Both the position numbers and the translations under genes were made by a program. A model generated the notes under the pieces. That model made no database searches, was not told the origin of the DNA, and saw nothing but the letters and a program-made list of their open reading frames with translations. Below are positions 8,331-17,451 of a stretch of 64,000 nt of DNA, piece by piece. The stretch lies in IMG/VR virus record IMGVR_UViG_3300012983_000002, one strand, 5' to 3'. Within the stretch, counting starts at the first letter, position 1; each line of letters opens with the position of its first letter. Source of the stretch: a virus (lineage: Duplodnaviria > Heunggongvirae > Uroviricota > Caudoviricetes).

Positions 8331-11069
8331 TCAGGAATAAACTCCTTGGCAATTTCCGCATCCACCACCTTCTCCGCCTTCACCGTCCTTACCATCTTTG
8401 CCGTCCTTACCAGGAGGTCCTGGGGGACCAGGAGGTCCTGGAGGCCCCGTCGGTCCTGGGGGACCCGATGGACCTACAGGTCCTACCGGACCGGGTGGGC
8501 CTACGGTAGGTGTTATTGTAACTATATCAATACACGCCACCATAGACTGAACCATAGCCTGCGCCATAGCGTTAGCTTCTTCCTTAGTCGAGGCAAATAC
8601 AGCACACCTCGGTAGGTAAGCTTCCGATAACTGCTGATAAGATCCATTACAGCTAGCGCGAGCAGGATCGTTACAATACGTGCATTGTATTAAACTTAAT
8701 ATAAAGTTTTCTGCCTGGTCCAGTGTATCCTGTAGACTGGTCTTGGATGTAAATACATTAGGAGGAACTGTAATAGGCTCACTGGATTTTGTGGAGAATT
8801 TAGTGAGTCCATCCGCAGATAATCCCTTACCTGTACTCCAGGCATACTGGTTGAGATACGACCTTGTTACTGGTCTCTGTATAGGTGTTGTAGTACACGC
8901 TCCGGCTGTATACCTATTACCGAACACACAATACAACATCGATAGGGCAAACTCTTCTGCCAACTGATTAGCATAAGCCTTAGGATCTCCTCCAGCAGGT
9001 ACGTCAGATGATGTTACTGTAAATGTCCCCTCAGGCACCGTAATAGTAGCCCCAATACCAGGAGAAGATAGCTCCTCTGATAGTGTGTAGATAAACTCTC
9101 CTGATGTAGCGTCGTACGAAGTTACATCAGCAAGAATGAACTCTGTATAGAATATGTAAGGTTTGTTATCTGGAGTTTTACCTTCCACTCTATACGACGA
9201 ATACATTTCAGGAAGATTATCCGGGTTAGGAGTAGGATCTATCGGATCTTTAGCATAAGGGTCATCTGCGGCACATGCGGCCACTACTTCATCATTAACA
9301 TAAGGACAGTTTTCGGAAACTTCCAGTACAGTAGTCAGTGACGAAGTAAATGCAAGTTGCTGCGTCTGCTCCCACTCAGCAGCACATACAGTGTCAGCCT
9401 CAATACCTACAGAAGCGTTTGTGGACCATTTATTAGTATCCTCAAGTACAGCCTTCCCTGCCCTGACAGACTCGTACGGATTAATTATACCTACTACTGT
9501 AGTCTCTGGATCGCTAGAGAATGGATCACTTACCTCGGCATGGATGTCAAGAGGAACACTCAAAGTGTATACTCCTCCAGGCCAACCATCTACGCGCAGA
9601 CCCCCAGGACTACAGGCCTGTCTCACCCAGCCAGGTACGCACGAGGGTAATATACGCGTGTTACAATAATAACACTGAAGTACACCATCTAGCAGTCCTC
9701 TGGCTTGCTCGTCTACAGACTCTTGCGTATACCCGTCGTATGTACATCCTATAACTCTACCAGCCTCCAGAGACATACTGAAGACTGGAGAAGCTTCTTT
9801 CGACGGTTGTACAATTATGTCTTCTCCATATTCATCCTTCGGGTATATAGGATTTCCTTCTTCATCTACTCCTAGCGTGTACGGACCACACTCTACAGTT
9901 ACAGGTTTGCTAATAAAACAACACTCCAGAAGATACGATACTAATTGAGATGCTAATTGATTAGCTTCCTCAGGACTTACCGTAGACGTGAAAAACCCCT
10001 GAGGTACTGCTACACTTTGACCTGAAGTTTTCTTAACTATATCAGCAACAGCAGGAGGATTTGTTTCTGGATTTACTCCCAGATTACGAGCTGTACTTTC
10101 CTCACATCGGTCGTAGATATAATCATTAATATAAAAACACTCCAGTTGGCGTAGAGCAAAAACTCTAGCCTTTTCGTTAGCATCCTGCTTGCTTGTTGAC
10201 GATGCAAATGCTCCCTCGGATACGTCGTAACGCCCAACCCGCAGCGGTAGTCCTGGATATATAGGTGCGACGTCATTTGGGATGAGGATTACCTCCTCAC
10301 CATCTGAGTTTGTGCGAATGTACTCAAACCCTTGATCTGCACAAGTTACAGTAATGTGATCATTTACAAATACACAACCTAATTTGGATTTGGCATACTC
10401 AAGGGCTTGCTGGTTTGCCTCTTCCTGACTTATGGACGACTTAAATGTACCTCCGGCTACTGTAACTACAGGATACGCGTCTGGATGCTCTCCTTTGACA
10501 GCAACTTCATCTTGATTATACCCAAGTGTTTCGCAAGTTAATGTGACCGGTTCGTTTACCCAATTACACTGTAATAATGTAAGAGCTATTATATCTGCTG
10601 TAGCTGTTAAACGAGTACGTACGCTTGTAAGATACTCATACAGCTCCAAAGCCTGCGGATGTGGAATATTAGTAATACGTTCCAGATATTCCAACGTGAG
10701 AGCATTATCCCGTAACTTTTCTGATATAAGTACCTCTACTCTGTTTCTGGCGATATAATCCAGTACATCATCACCTACAGTAATAACCACAGGTATCAAA
10801 ACATCCTCCCTGTAGGTACCTGCTACTACTATAGACGCTTCTCCCATAGCACCTTCGCCATACTCGGCAGAGCATGACTTGGTCACAGACTCATTCCATA
10901 CAGATATAGGACCTGGAGTCTTTGGCTTTGGTACTTCCTCGAAAATCTCCTCCGGATCCCTGAGTTCCGGAGCTATGCGTTTTTTGCCTGGGATGCAGTG
11001 GTCTACTGGTTTGTTACCGCCGAACGTGTCTGACGGTGAGTAGAACGTTATATCATCACAATCACTCAT
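8331..11069 (-). CDS. Cys-rich repeat structural protein (DUF5977-like repeats) with a C-terminal collagen-like segment
   Basis: About nine repeats of C-x-[FYW]-x-N...C...V-x-x-G-x-F-x-S-x-x-S-x-[ED][ED]-A-N; about 15 Gly-X-Y triplets at the C-terminus. Confidence 0.7.
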   Translation of the reverse strand: MSDCDDITFYSPSDTFGGNKPVDHCIPGKKRIAPELRDPEEIFEEVPKPKTPGPISVWNESVTKSCSAEYGEGAMGEASIVVAGTYREDVLIPVVITVGDDVLDYIARNRVEVLISEKLRDNALTLEYLERITNIPHPQALELYEYLTSVRTRLTATADIIALTLLQCNWVNEPVTLTCETLGYNQDEVAVKGEHPDAYPVVTVAGGTFKSSISQEEANQQALEYAKSKLGCVFVNDHITVTCADQGFEYIRTNSDGEEVILIPNDVAPIYPGLPLRVGRYDVSEGAFASSTSKQDANEKARVFALRQLECFYINDYIYDRCEESTARNLGVNPETNPPAVADIVKKTSGQSVAVPQGFFTSTVSPEEANQLASQLVSYLLECCFISKPVTVECGPYTLGVDEEGNPIYPKDEYGEDIIVQPSKEASPVFSMSLEAGRVIGCTYDGYTQESVDEQARGLLDGVLQCYYCNTRILPSCVPGWVRQACSPGGLRVDGWPGGVYTLSVPLDIHAEVSDPFSSDPETTVVGIINPYESVRAGKAVLEDTNKWSTNASVGIEADTVCAAEWEQTQQLAFTSSLTTVLEVSENCPYVNDEVVAACAADDPYAKDPIDPTPNPDNLPEMYSSYRVEGKTPDNKPYIFYTEFILADVTSYDATSGEFIYTLSEELSSPGIGATITVPEGTFTVTSSDVPAGGDPKAYANQLAEEFALSMLYCVFGNRYTAGACTTTPIQRPVTRSYLNQYAWSTGKGLSADGLTKFSTKSSEPITVPPNVFTSKTSLQDTLDQAENFILSLIQCTYCNDPARASCNGSYQQLSEAYLPRCAVFASTKEEANAMAQAMVQSMVACIDIVTITPTVGPPGPVGPVGPSGPPGPTGPPGPPGPPGPPGKDGKDGKDGEGGEGGGCGNCQGVYS

Positions 11070-11071
11070 AA

Positions 11072-12517
11072 TTATTCAATGCCTGGTATTGTTGCGCCCT
11101 CCATTATAATATGAGAAAACTGTAAATTGCTACCCGCTTTGCATTCAGTATACCCTGTAGCTATAGTATGTTCTACAGAGTTTAAAATTCCAGAAAATAA
11201 CGCTCCATCGGCTCCAAGAACAGTGTAGCGAGTGCCAACTTTAACATTAAGCATTAACTCTGTATTGATAATAGCATAGGCCTGTCCTAGTGACTGCCAG
11301 TAATACACAGTCTCTGCCCACTGTTCCACCACCTTCTCATTTTCTTTGTTTTGCTGCTCCACTCTCTGAACTACAGGTGCAGCATTTTGACCACTCTTAG
11401 GTTCGAGCTGATTAGTTTGCACCGGCTTAGCTGAAGAACCGTCATTTATGGGCTTCACTTGTGCAAAGTCGAAGTACGCAGCAGGTAACCACTGAGGGCC
11501 AAGTATCTGCATGATAGATCCTCCTGGTTTTACCTCTTTTGGATAAATAACACCGTAGTCATTATTATCGGCAAGAAGATCTATGTCAGGACTAGGAGTA
11601 CCCACTCTGCGTACAGCTACAGCACGGACAGGAAACATACCAACAGATCCAGCGCGGACGGATAAGCTAATACTTTTCAGATCCAGACTTTCATCGCTTT
11701 CAAATAGATTCTTTTTATTTACCAGTTTCCCCACATTATCAAACTCAGGGACATATACGCACTGAAACTCTTCTGCTAGATGCAATATATTATTAAAGAA
11801 CCCTCCAGCATTAGTTTTAAGAGCTCCGCATATGCGTTTCTTAAGAGCGTCTACGCCTGGCATACCGATCTGATCCTTTACACCATCCCACCCTATAGTT
11901 TCTTTAGAGTTATCAAACAACTGAATGGCAAATTTCTTTACCTTCTCGTTTATTTCGTGTTGTTTCTTGCAGCACTCCTTGGTAAGTTTTCCTTGTTTTG
12001 AATTTTCTAAATTTTTCTTACCTGTCTCAATAATCCATTCGAATACTTTTTTTATAAACTCTGCTATATTGCTTGGGTAAGAAGAATCTTTGATTAAATC
12101 GATATCATACTCTATCGCGTTGTATATAGATAAATCCAAGCAATTTAGAGCTGCATAATCAGGCTGTACATCTTCTGTAAGAGCAACATCTCCAGCAGAG
12201 AACGAGTAAGCTGGTGCGGACGTGTTACCTTTAAACGACAGAGATCCCTCAAATGCGTCGGTTAAAGACATGTCTACTCCAGGAGTGTCAGGCGTATCAT
12301 TGAATGATTTAGTCTGACGTTCAGCCATGGCTGCGAATATATCTTTAGCAGTAATATTAGTAGCCTCTTTATTCGCGTCAGATGATTTATGAATATACGT
12401 AATTCTACCCTGAGCCATATGGTTGATAGAATTAATAAGAGTGATATTTGTAGGGTGAACATTTTGTCCCCCTACATTAGCCTGGGCCTTTACCTCTAAT
12501 GCTTTATCGCTTGCCAT
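11072..12517 (-). CDS. Putative baseplate hub (gp27/VgrG-N-like)
   Basis: Position after the tape measure and tube initiator; C-terminal LNVKVGTRYTV...FSGILNSVEHTI fits hub proteins. Confidence 0.55.
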   Translation of the reverse strand: MASDKALEVKAQANVGGQNVHPTNITLINSINHMAQGRITYIHKSSDANKEATNITAKDIFAAMAERQTKSFNDTPDTPGVDMSLTDAFEGSLSFKGNTSAPAYSFSAGDVALTEDVQPDYAALNCLDLSIYNAIEYDIDLIKDSSYPSNIAEFIKKVFEWIIETGKKNLENSKQGKLTKECCKKQHEINEKVKKFAIQLFDNSKETIGWDGVKDQIGMPGVDALKKRICGALKTNAGGFFNNILHLAEEFQCVYVPEFDNVGKLVNKKNLFESDESLDLKSISLSVRAGSVGMFPVRAVAVRRVGTPSPDIDLLADNNDYGVIYPKEVKPGGSIMQILGPQWLPAAYFDFAQVKPINDGSSAKPVQTNQLEPKSGQNAAPVVQRVEQQNKENEKVVEQWAETVYYWQSLGQAYAIINTELMLNVKVGTRYTVLGADGALFSGILNSVEHTIATGYTECKAGSNLQFSHIIMEGATIPGIE

Positions 12518-12848
12518 ACAAATATAAAGTATAAGTAGCTATAGCCAATTTATCTGTAGCACGCTGCGCTAAAAAATAAACGTCATCCATATTATAATCT
12601 GCCATTTGTTTTATAGCGTTTTGATTGGATTCTATAAGATTAAGCAGATTATTTATCGAGCCTTTTATATCGCTAGGCACCGTTGGAGTAGTACTCGTTG
12701 TAGAGTTTAGCGCAGGTAGAGATATATTAATATGAGGCGTAGCGTACATCAATAATGTCAACCATTGACAGTTATCACTCACACTAATAGCTACCCCTAA
12801 AGGAGTATCTTTTCCCTTCAATAAAGTATCTATTACGGAAGTATACAT
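12504..12848 (-). CDS. Hypothetical baseplate-region protein
   Basis: 114-aa ORF coupled to the hub gene. Confidence 0.6.
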   Translation of the reverse strand: MYTSVIDTLLKGKDTPLGVAISVSDNCQWLTLLMYATPHINISLPALNSTTSTTPTVPSDIKGSINNLLNLIESNQNAIKQMADYNMDDVYFLAQRATDKLAIATYTLYLYGKR

Positions 12849-12859
12849 ACGTGTAAATT

Positions 12860-13318
12860 TTAATTCTGAGGAGCGATTAGTCCAGCCATCATATATGCAA
12901 TCTTATTAAAATTAGCATCCGCCTGACCAAACGTCATCTGTGTAAAGTACGCCTTACATTTATAACCTTTCGCAATAGACACATTAACAGGTTCAGATTT
13001 ACTAGACAATCGAAGTTTATCAAATGCTTGGGTAACTTTTTGAATTATATTCTCAGACTTCTCTATACTACCCATATAAATAGTACCGTGTACCTGGATT
13101 GTGCCGAAGTTTTTACCAAACTTATACAATGCTCTATGATCGTCCACAGCTACAATTGGCGTGGCAATATCCTGCTCCACAGGTTGAATATCGTCTATTG
13201 TTATAAGACCAGTGCCAACCTGTCCGGTCTTCCAGCCTTCTATTTTATAAGCTCCAGCCGAACCTTTACCTTTCACGCGAACTACACATCCAGCGCCTGT
13301 TAAGAAATCTTTAGCCAT
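12860..13318 (-). CDS. Putative tail tube initiator / tube-like baseplate protein
   Basis: 152 aa, beta-rich (LYKFGKNFGTIQVHGTIY), immediately after the tape measure. Confidence 0.55.
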   Translation of the reverse strand: MAKDFLTGAGCVVRVKGKGSAGAYKIEGWKTGQVGTGLITIDDIQPVEQDIATPIVAVDDHRALYKFGKNFGTIQVHGTIYMGSIEKSENIIQKVTQAFDKLRLSSKSEPVNVSIAKGYKCKAYFTQMTFGQADANFNKIAYMMAGLIAPQN

Positions 13319-13332
13319 ATGATAAAATAATT

Positions 13333-16300
13333 TTACCTTGTATTGCTCGCAATGCGTTCCAATAGTGTTATAACATCTTTCATCTGCGCTTGATTCACAG
13401 GTTGCTTGTTATGGTCGATTAAGAGACCGGACATTCTCTTACTTACCTCGTCAACATGACCCATAGCGTCAGTCTTATCTTGTAAACCCTTTATCGTATC
13501 TTCAGTAATCTCCTTATCTTTCTCAAGACCAAGCTCGGATATGTCGCGAGTCATTCTATATATGGTCTTACCCTTTTCGTCATAATCTCGCTCAACCAAT
13601 CCCTCAGCTATCCAAGCATTAAGATCAGTATTCTTGAATACCTCTACGTTAGCCGTACCGTAAGTCTGTTCTACGGCTTTTTGGAACATATCTGCCGTAA
13701 CATTACCCTGGTAGTCACTCAGCTTAGCTACAGCATTGTTGCTGTCTTTTAAATTCTTACGAGCATCGGCGGAAATAGTATTCTTAAACATATCAGACAA
13801 TGCTTTAGCCGCGTCCTCGTTACCTGCGGCCGCAAGATCAGATAAAGCCTTTGTCTGTGAAGGGTCGGAAGCCAACTTAGTAACAGCCTCATTAAGACTT
13901 ACAGTTTCTCCATTCTTGGAGTTCGGTAGTCTCACTCTAGTCTCGTACTCGCCTCTCTCGTTTTGCTCAATATATACAGCATCCTTACCTAGTACTTGCT
14001 GCATAGATCTAACCGCATCCTGGTTCATATTAGCAGTCATGCGGGCCTGCAGCTGAGTGGCAGATGCTCTAGTATAGCCTATAAGTCCACCGTTTATACT
14101 ATCCTGATTCCTGGATGAGATATTTATACCAGCACCTTCCAGTTTCTTTACATACGCTTCAGGGTCAGCTAATAATTTATCCAGCTCCTCCTCGTTATTT
14201 ATTTTAAGGAGATTCATCACAGCTTTACGCTGCTCTGGATTGTCTAATATAAACGCCCCAGTATACTTACCATTAGCATCTTGCTGAGCTTTACCTATAT
14301 TGAGGGCAGTAATACCTCTAGAAGCCAATTCTTCCTGGAATAGTTTGTTCTGTTCAGCTTTATCTCTACCTCCTCCAGCACGCTGTAAGGCGGAGGCGAT
14401 AGCCGTGTCGGCAGCTCCTTCTATAGTAATACCACCTTCTGCCAACATACCAGATATAAGTCCAGTAATAGCAGAAGCTTCCGATGTGTTTATTTTGTCT
14501 CCACTCATTAATTCTGTCATGAGTGCAACATTTCGTTCTGCCTTACCGAATTGACCAGGACCCATCTGTTGCATGAATCTGGAATTAGTCAGAAGAGGAT
14601 TCCACATAGCACTAACAGTACCTCTGCCTTGAGACTGTATTGATTGTACAAAGCTGTAAGCCTCCTCTGAAGACATACCGCTCTTAGACAACATCTCGAT
14701 GGCCTCTGCTGTTTTTTCCATACTTCCAGAATCGACTAAGTTAAAGAATTTATCCCTTGCTGTCTGGTTATTACCAAACATATCAATTAACTTGTTGCCA
14801 ATACTTTCCATTTGCGTCTTACCGGCCTCGTCCAGATTATACTCCTCGCTCATGTTATTGACATGAGTACGGACGTTTGCTCTGCGTACAACTTCAGCGT
14901 GGCGTGCCTGATATTCGCCAGAATAGTTAGCATTGGCAAATGCTCTGGCTTCAGGAGAATCTACAGCCTCGTCTCCGAAATGCTTTCTAGACCAACTCTC
15001 CATCTGCATACTTATAAGCTGGGCCTTCTCGTTATCTCCAGCCGCAATAGCTGCCTTATGAGCTTCGTTCATAGAAGTGAATTCTGCTCGCATTTCATCT
15101 GTAATGCCACCTACCTTATCCTGCTGATTAAATATACTGGTAGTTATAATTGCGCCAGAATATACATTCTGCATGTTAGCTATAGATCTCGTAGCGGCAG
15201 CCTGGGCAGCTTCTCTCGTAAATACACCCTCTCCTTTAGCCTGAGCTCCGGCTATACCAGCATTCTGAACTACATTGATAAGGTCTCCTGATACAACTCT
15301 ACCCCCGTACATAGCAGACATACCTGTAGCTATCTGTACACGCTCAGCCGCCACTTCCTGAGCTGATCGACCTGTTATCGCCGCTGTTACAGCTATATCG
15401 CGCATCTGAGCTCTTACTTCATGCGCTTTAGATTTATCAAGAAAATTACCTATACCAGCCCCCTTAGCGTAATTTCTAAGTTGGTCTAAATCCTCAGTCT
15501 GGAATAGATTAGATAGCTCCTTTACATTATCAGCAACATCCTTATAAGCTTCCTTCAGTTCCTGATTGAGTTGTTTTGTCTGAGTTTGGAAATTGGTATT
15601 CTTGCCTTTAATCTGAGCAACTGTCTGTCTAATTACAGATTCATCAAAATGTCCTTCTAAATTTTTAAATAAATCTGCTTCTTTCTCAGACGACAGGTTA
15701 TTACTGCCCATCTTCTTCTGCAAAAACGTCATAGCTTGCTGTACCTTCTCAAGATTACGCAGCGAGGAGTCTTCTACATTATCCTTCCTCATTTGCTGTA
15801 TTCTCTCTTGCAAGGCAGCAGCTGTATTAGCTTTGCTTAAATCGTACGATAAAATATCACCTTTATTAATGCCACGCTCTTGTACAAGATGCGTCAATAA
15901 ACTTGTACGCAAATTATGAGAAAGACCCATAGTTTGACCTACATCTACCGCCCCTGACTTCGTTCGCATACTTTCCTCGAAAGTACGCATAATAGATGCG
16001 GTAGCAGCTACGGACACATTACCTGTACCGTAACTATTACTAGAAGATCTAGAGCCGTCTATGCCTATCGTAGTGACAGGCATAGCACCGGCGATAAGAG
16101 CTCTATTCATAGCGACAAAATCCGCTACAGGAGTACCCATCCCTGGAACACTGTTCTGTAGGGTGGCCATCACCTTCGCAAGACCTCTTCTATCAGCCGG
16201 ATTAAGCCCGTTAGCTCCTGTATTATACAGTAGGCCTGAGGCTACATCCAACAGCTGATTGAAATGAGGATTATTCTGCTGGAAAGCTGACGCCCCTTCC

Positions 16301-16344
16301 TGCAACCTGTGAATAGCCGCTCTGTCGTTGAATAAGCTGTACAT
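13333..16344 (-). CDS. Tape measure protein
   Basis: 1003 aa, Ala/Gln/Met-rich and helical, lacking Cys; lies downstream of sheath, tube and the chaperone pair. Confidence 0.75.
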   Translation of the reverse strand: MYSLFNDRAAIHRLQEGASAFQQNNPHFNQLLDVASGLLYNTGANGLNPADRRGLAKVMATLQNSVPGMGTPVADFVAMNRALIAGAMPVTTIGIDGSRSSSNSYGTGNVSVAATASIMRTFEESMRTKSGAVDVGQTMGLSHNLRTSLLTHLVQERGINKGDILSYDLSKANTAAALQERIQQMRKDNVEDSSLRNLEKVQQAMTFLQKKMGSNNLSSEKEADLFKNLEGHFDESVIRQTVAQIKGKNTNFQTQTKQLNQELKEAYKDVADNVKELSNLFQTEDLDQLRNYAKGAGIGNFLDKSKAHEVRAQMRDIAVTAAITGRSAQEVAAERVQIATGMSAMYGGRVVSGDLINVVQNAGIAGAQAKGEGVFTREAAQAAATRSIANMQNVYSGAIITTSIFNQQDKVGGITDEMRAEFTSMNEAHKAAIAAGDNEKAQLISMQMESWSRKHFGDEAVDSPEARAFANANYSGEYQARHAEVVRRANVRTHVNNMSEEYNLDEAGKTQMESIGNKLIDMFGNNQTARDKFFNLVDSGSMEKTAEAIEMLSKSGMSSEEAYSFVQSIQSQGRGTVSAMWNPLLTNSRFMQQMGPGQFGKAERNVALMTELMSGDKINTSEASAITGLISGMLAEGGITIEGAADTAIASALQRAGGGRDKAEQNKLFQEELASRGITALNIGKAQQDANGKYTGAFILDNPEQRKAVMNLLKINNEEELDKLLADPEAYVKKLEGAGINISSRNQDSINGGLIGYTRASATQLQARMTANMNQDAVRSMQQVLGKDAVYIEQNERGEYETRVRLPNSKNGETVSLNEAVTKLASDPSQTKALSDLAAAGNEDAAKALSDMFKNTISADARKNLKDSNNAVAKLSDYQGNVTADMFQKAVEQTYGTANVEVFKNTDLNAWIAEGLVERDYDEKGKTIYRMTRDISELGLEKDKEITEDTIKGLQDKTDAMGHVDEVSKRMSGLLIDHNKQPVNQAQMKDVITLLERIASNTR

Positions 16345-16766
16345 TAACTTTCTTCTTGTAAGTCTTCCACTGCCTTAGCGGCAGCCTTTCTGAACTCTTC
16401 TATTATACCTCGCTCTGTCAGCATATTAAAGGCCTTGACCAGGTTTACAGAGTCTCTCTTGATAGCTCTAACCTTACTATCCGCCTTAGGAACGTCGTCA
16501 CTGTACTCTTTAAAGTATGCGACTTTTAGCAATATATCTTCGAAGCTGTTGACGAAATCCACAGCAGCGTCAGGACGGATAGCTGGGGCTAAACCCAAGC
16601 ACCGCAACTGAGCTGATGTTAGCAATGCGTCCGCAGCCTGTTCCTTGTCCAGCATTTCGAGAATCATCTTCTCCCTAATCCTGGACTGCAGCCCGTACTT
16701 ATAGTCTGGCTCTAAAAGTCCCCGCCGATACGCCAGTAACATTAACCTAAACCGGCGGGATACCAA
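16344..16766 (-). CDS. Putative tail assembly chaperone, C-terminal (T-like) frame
   Basis: Overlaps the upstream gene by 25 nt in the -1 frame, directly before the tape measure. Confidence 0.55.
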   Translation of the reverse strand: MVSRRFRLMLLAYRRGLLEPDYKYGLQSRIREKMILEMLDKEQAADALLTSAQLRCLGLAPAIRPDAAVDFVNSFEDILLKVAYFKEYSDDVPKADSKVRAIKRDSVNLVKAFNMLTERGIIEEFRKAAAKAVEDLQEES

Positions 16767-17446
16767 AAATCCGCGTTAAATGCAGCCTCGTGCAATTTTC
16801 CTAACTTATGCTGGAATACATTAAGCATTCGAACATACATACCATACACAGGACCAGGCACGTCGAGTACTTTCTGAGAGTTTTCGAACAGATCTTTCAC
16901 ATGATCATCGAATGTTCCTTCTCCTCTAGTATATGTGAGATACCCAAGCGGACGTCCGCAGTACTCTGTAAGCTGCATGGCTACACGATATTGCTGAGCT
17001 AAACCGTCGTGGAATCCAAGCGGAGTACCTGGGTATTTTGTCAAGTAGTATGCCATTGCTCCTGCGGCAACATCGCCCTCGTACACGGACAGAGATCTGC
17101 ACTTTCCTTTTAATCCGTTTTGTGTAGATATCTCAAGAACAATAGGTATGGAATGCAACAGACCCTTCATGTATATAACCTTATCCTCGTCCGTGATAGG
17201 TACGTCGATATCTCGTACATAAACATGCATATTGTCGAACATGTCACGTTTATTCTTATCGAACGATTCGTCAGGCTCTATCTCCACTCGAGTTTCCTTT
17301 GCAGGCTCGATGTCGGTATCTTCCTTAAGAAGTGCCTTAATATCCTCCGGTATAGCTCCTGGAGACTCCTCTGCTAGGAAGGAGGCAACTTCTGAGGGAT
17401 CTATGTTGTTATTGTCGTCTTCTGTAAATAATTCTTCTGTAGCCAT
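16742..17446 (-). CDS. Putative tail assembly chaperone (G-like)
   Basis: Acidic N-terminus; position between the tube/spike genes and the tape measure; ends just after G GAT TTT. Confidence 0.55.
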   Translation of the reverse strand: MATEELFTEDDNNNIDPSEVASFLAEESPGAIPEDIKALLKEDTDIEPAKETRVEIEPDESFDKNKRDMFDNMHVYVRDIDVPITDEDKVIYMKGLLHSIPIVLEISTQNGLKGKCRSLSVYEGDVAAGAMAYYLTKYPGTPLGFHDGLAQQYRVAMQLTEYCGRPLGYLTYTRGEGTFDDHVKDLFENSQKVLDVPGPVYGMYVRMLNVFQHKLGKLHEAAFNADFWYPAGLG

Positions 17447-17451
17447 ATAAA

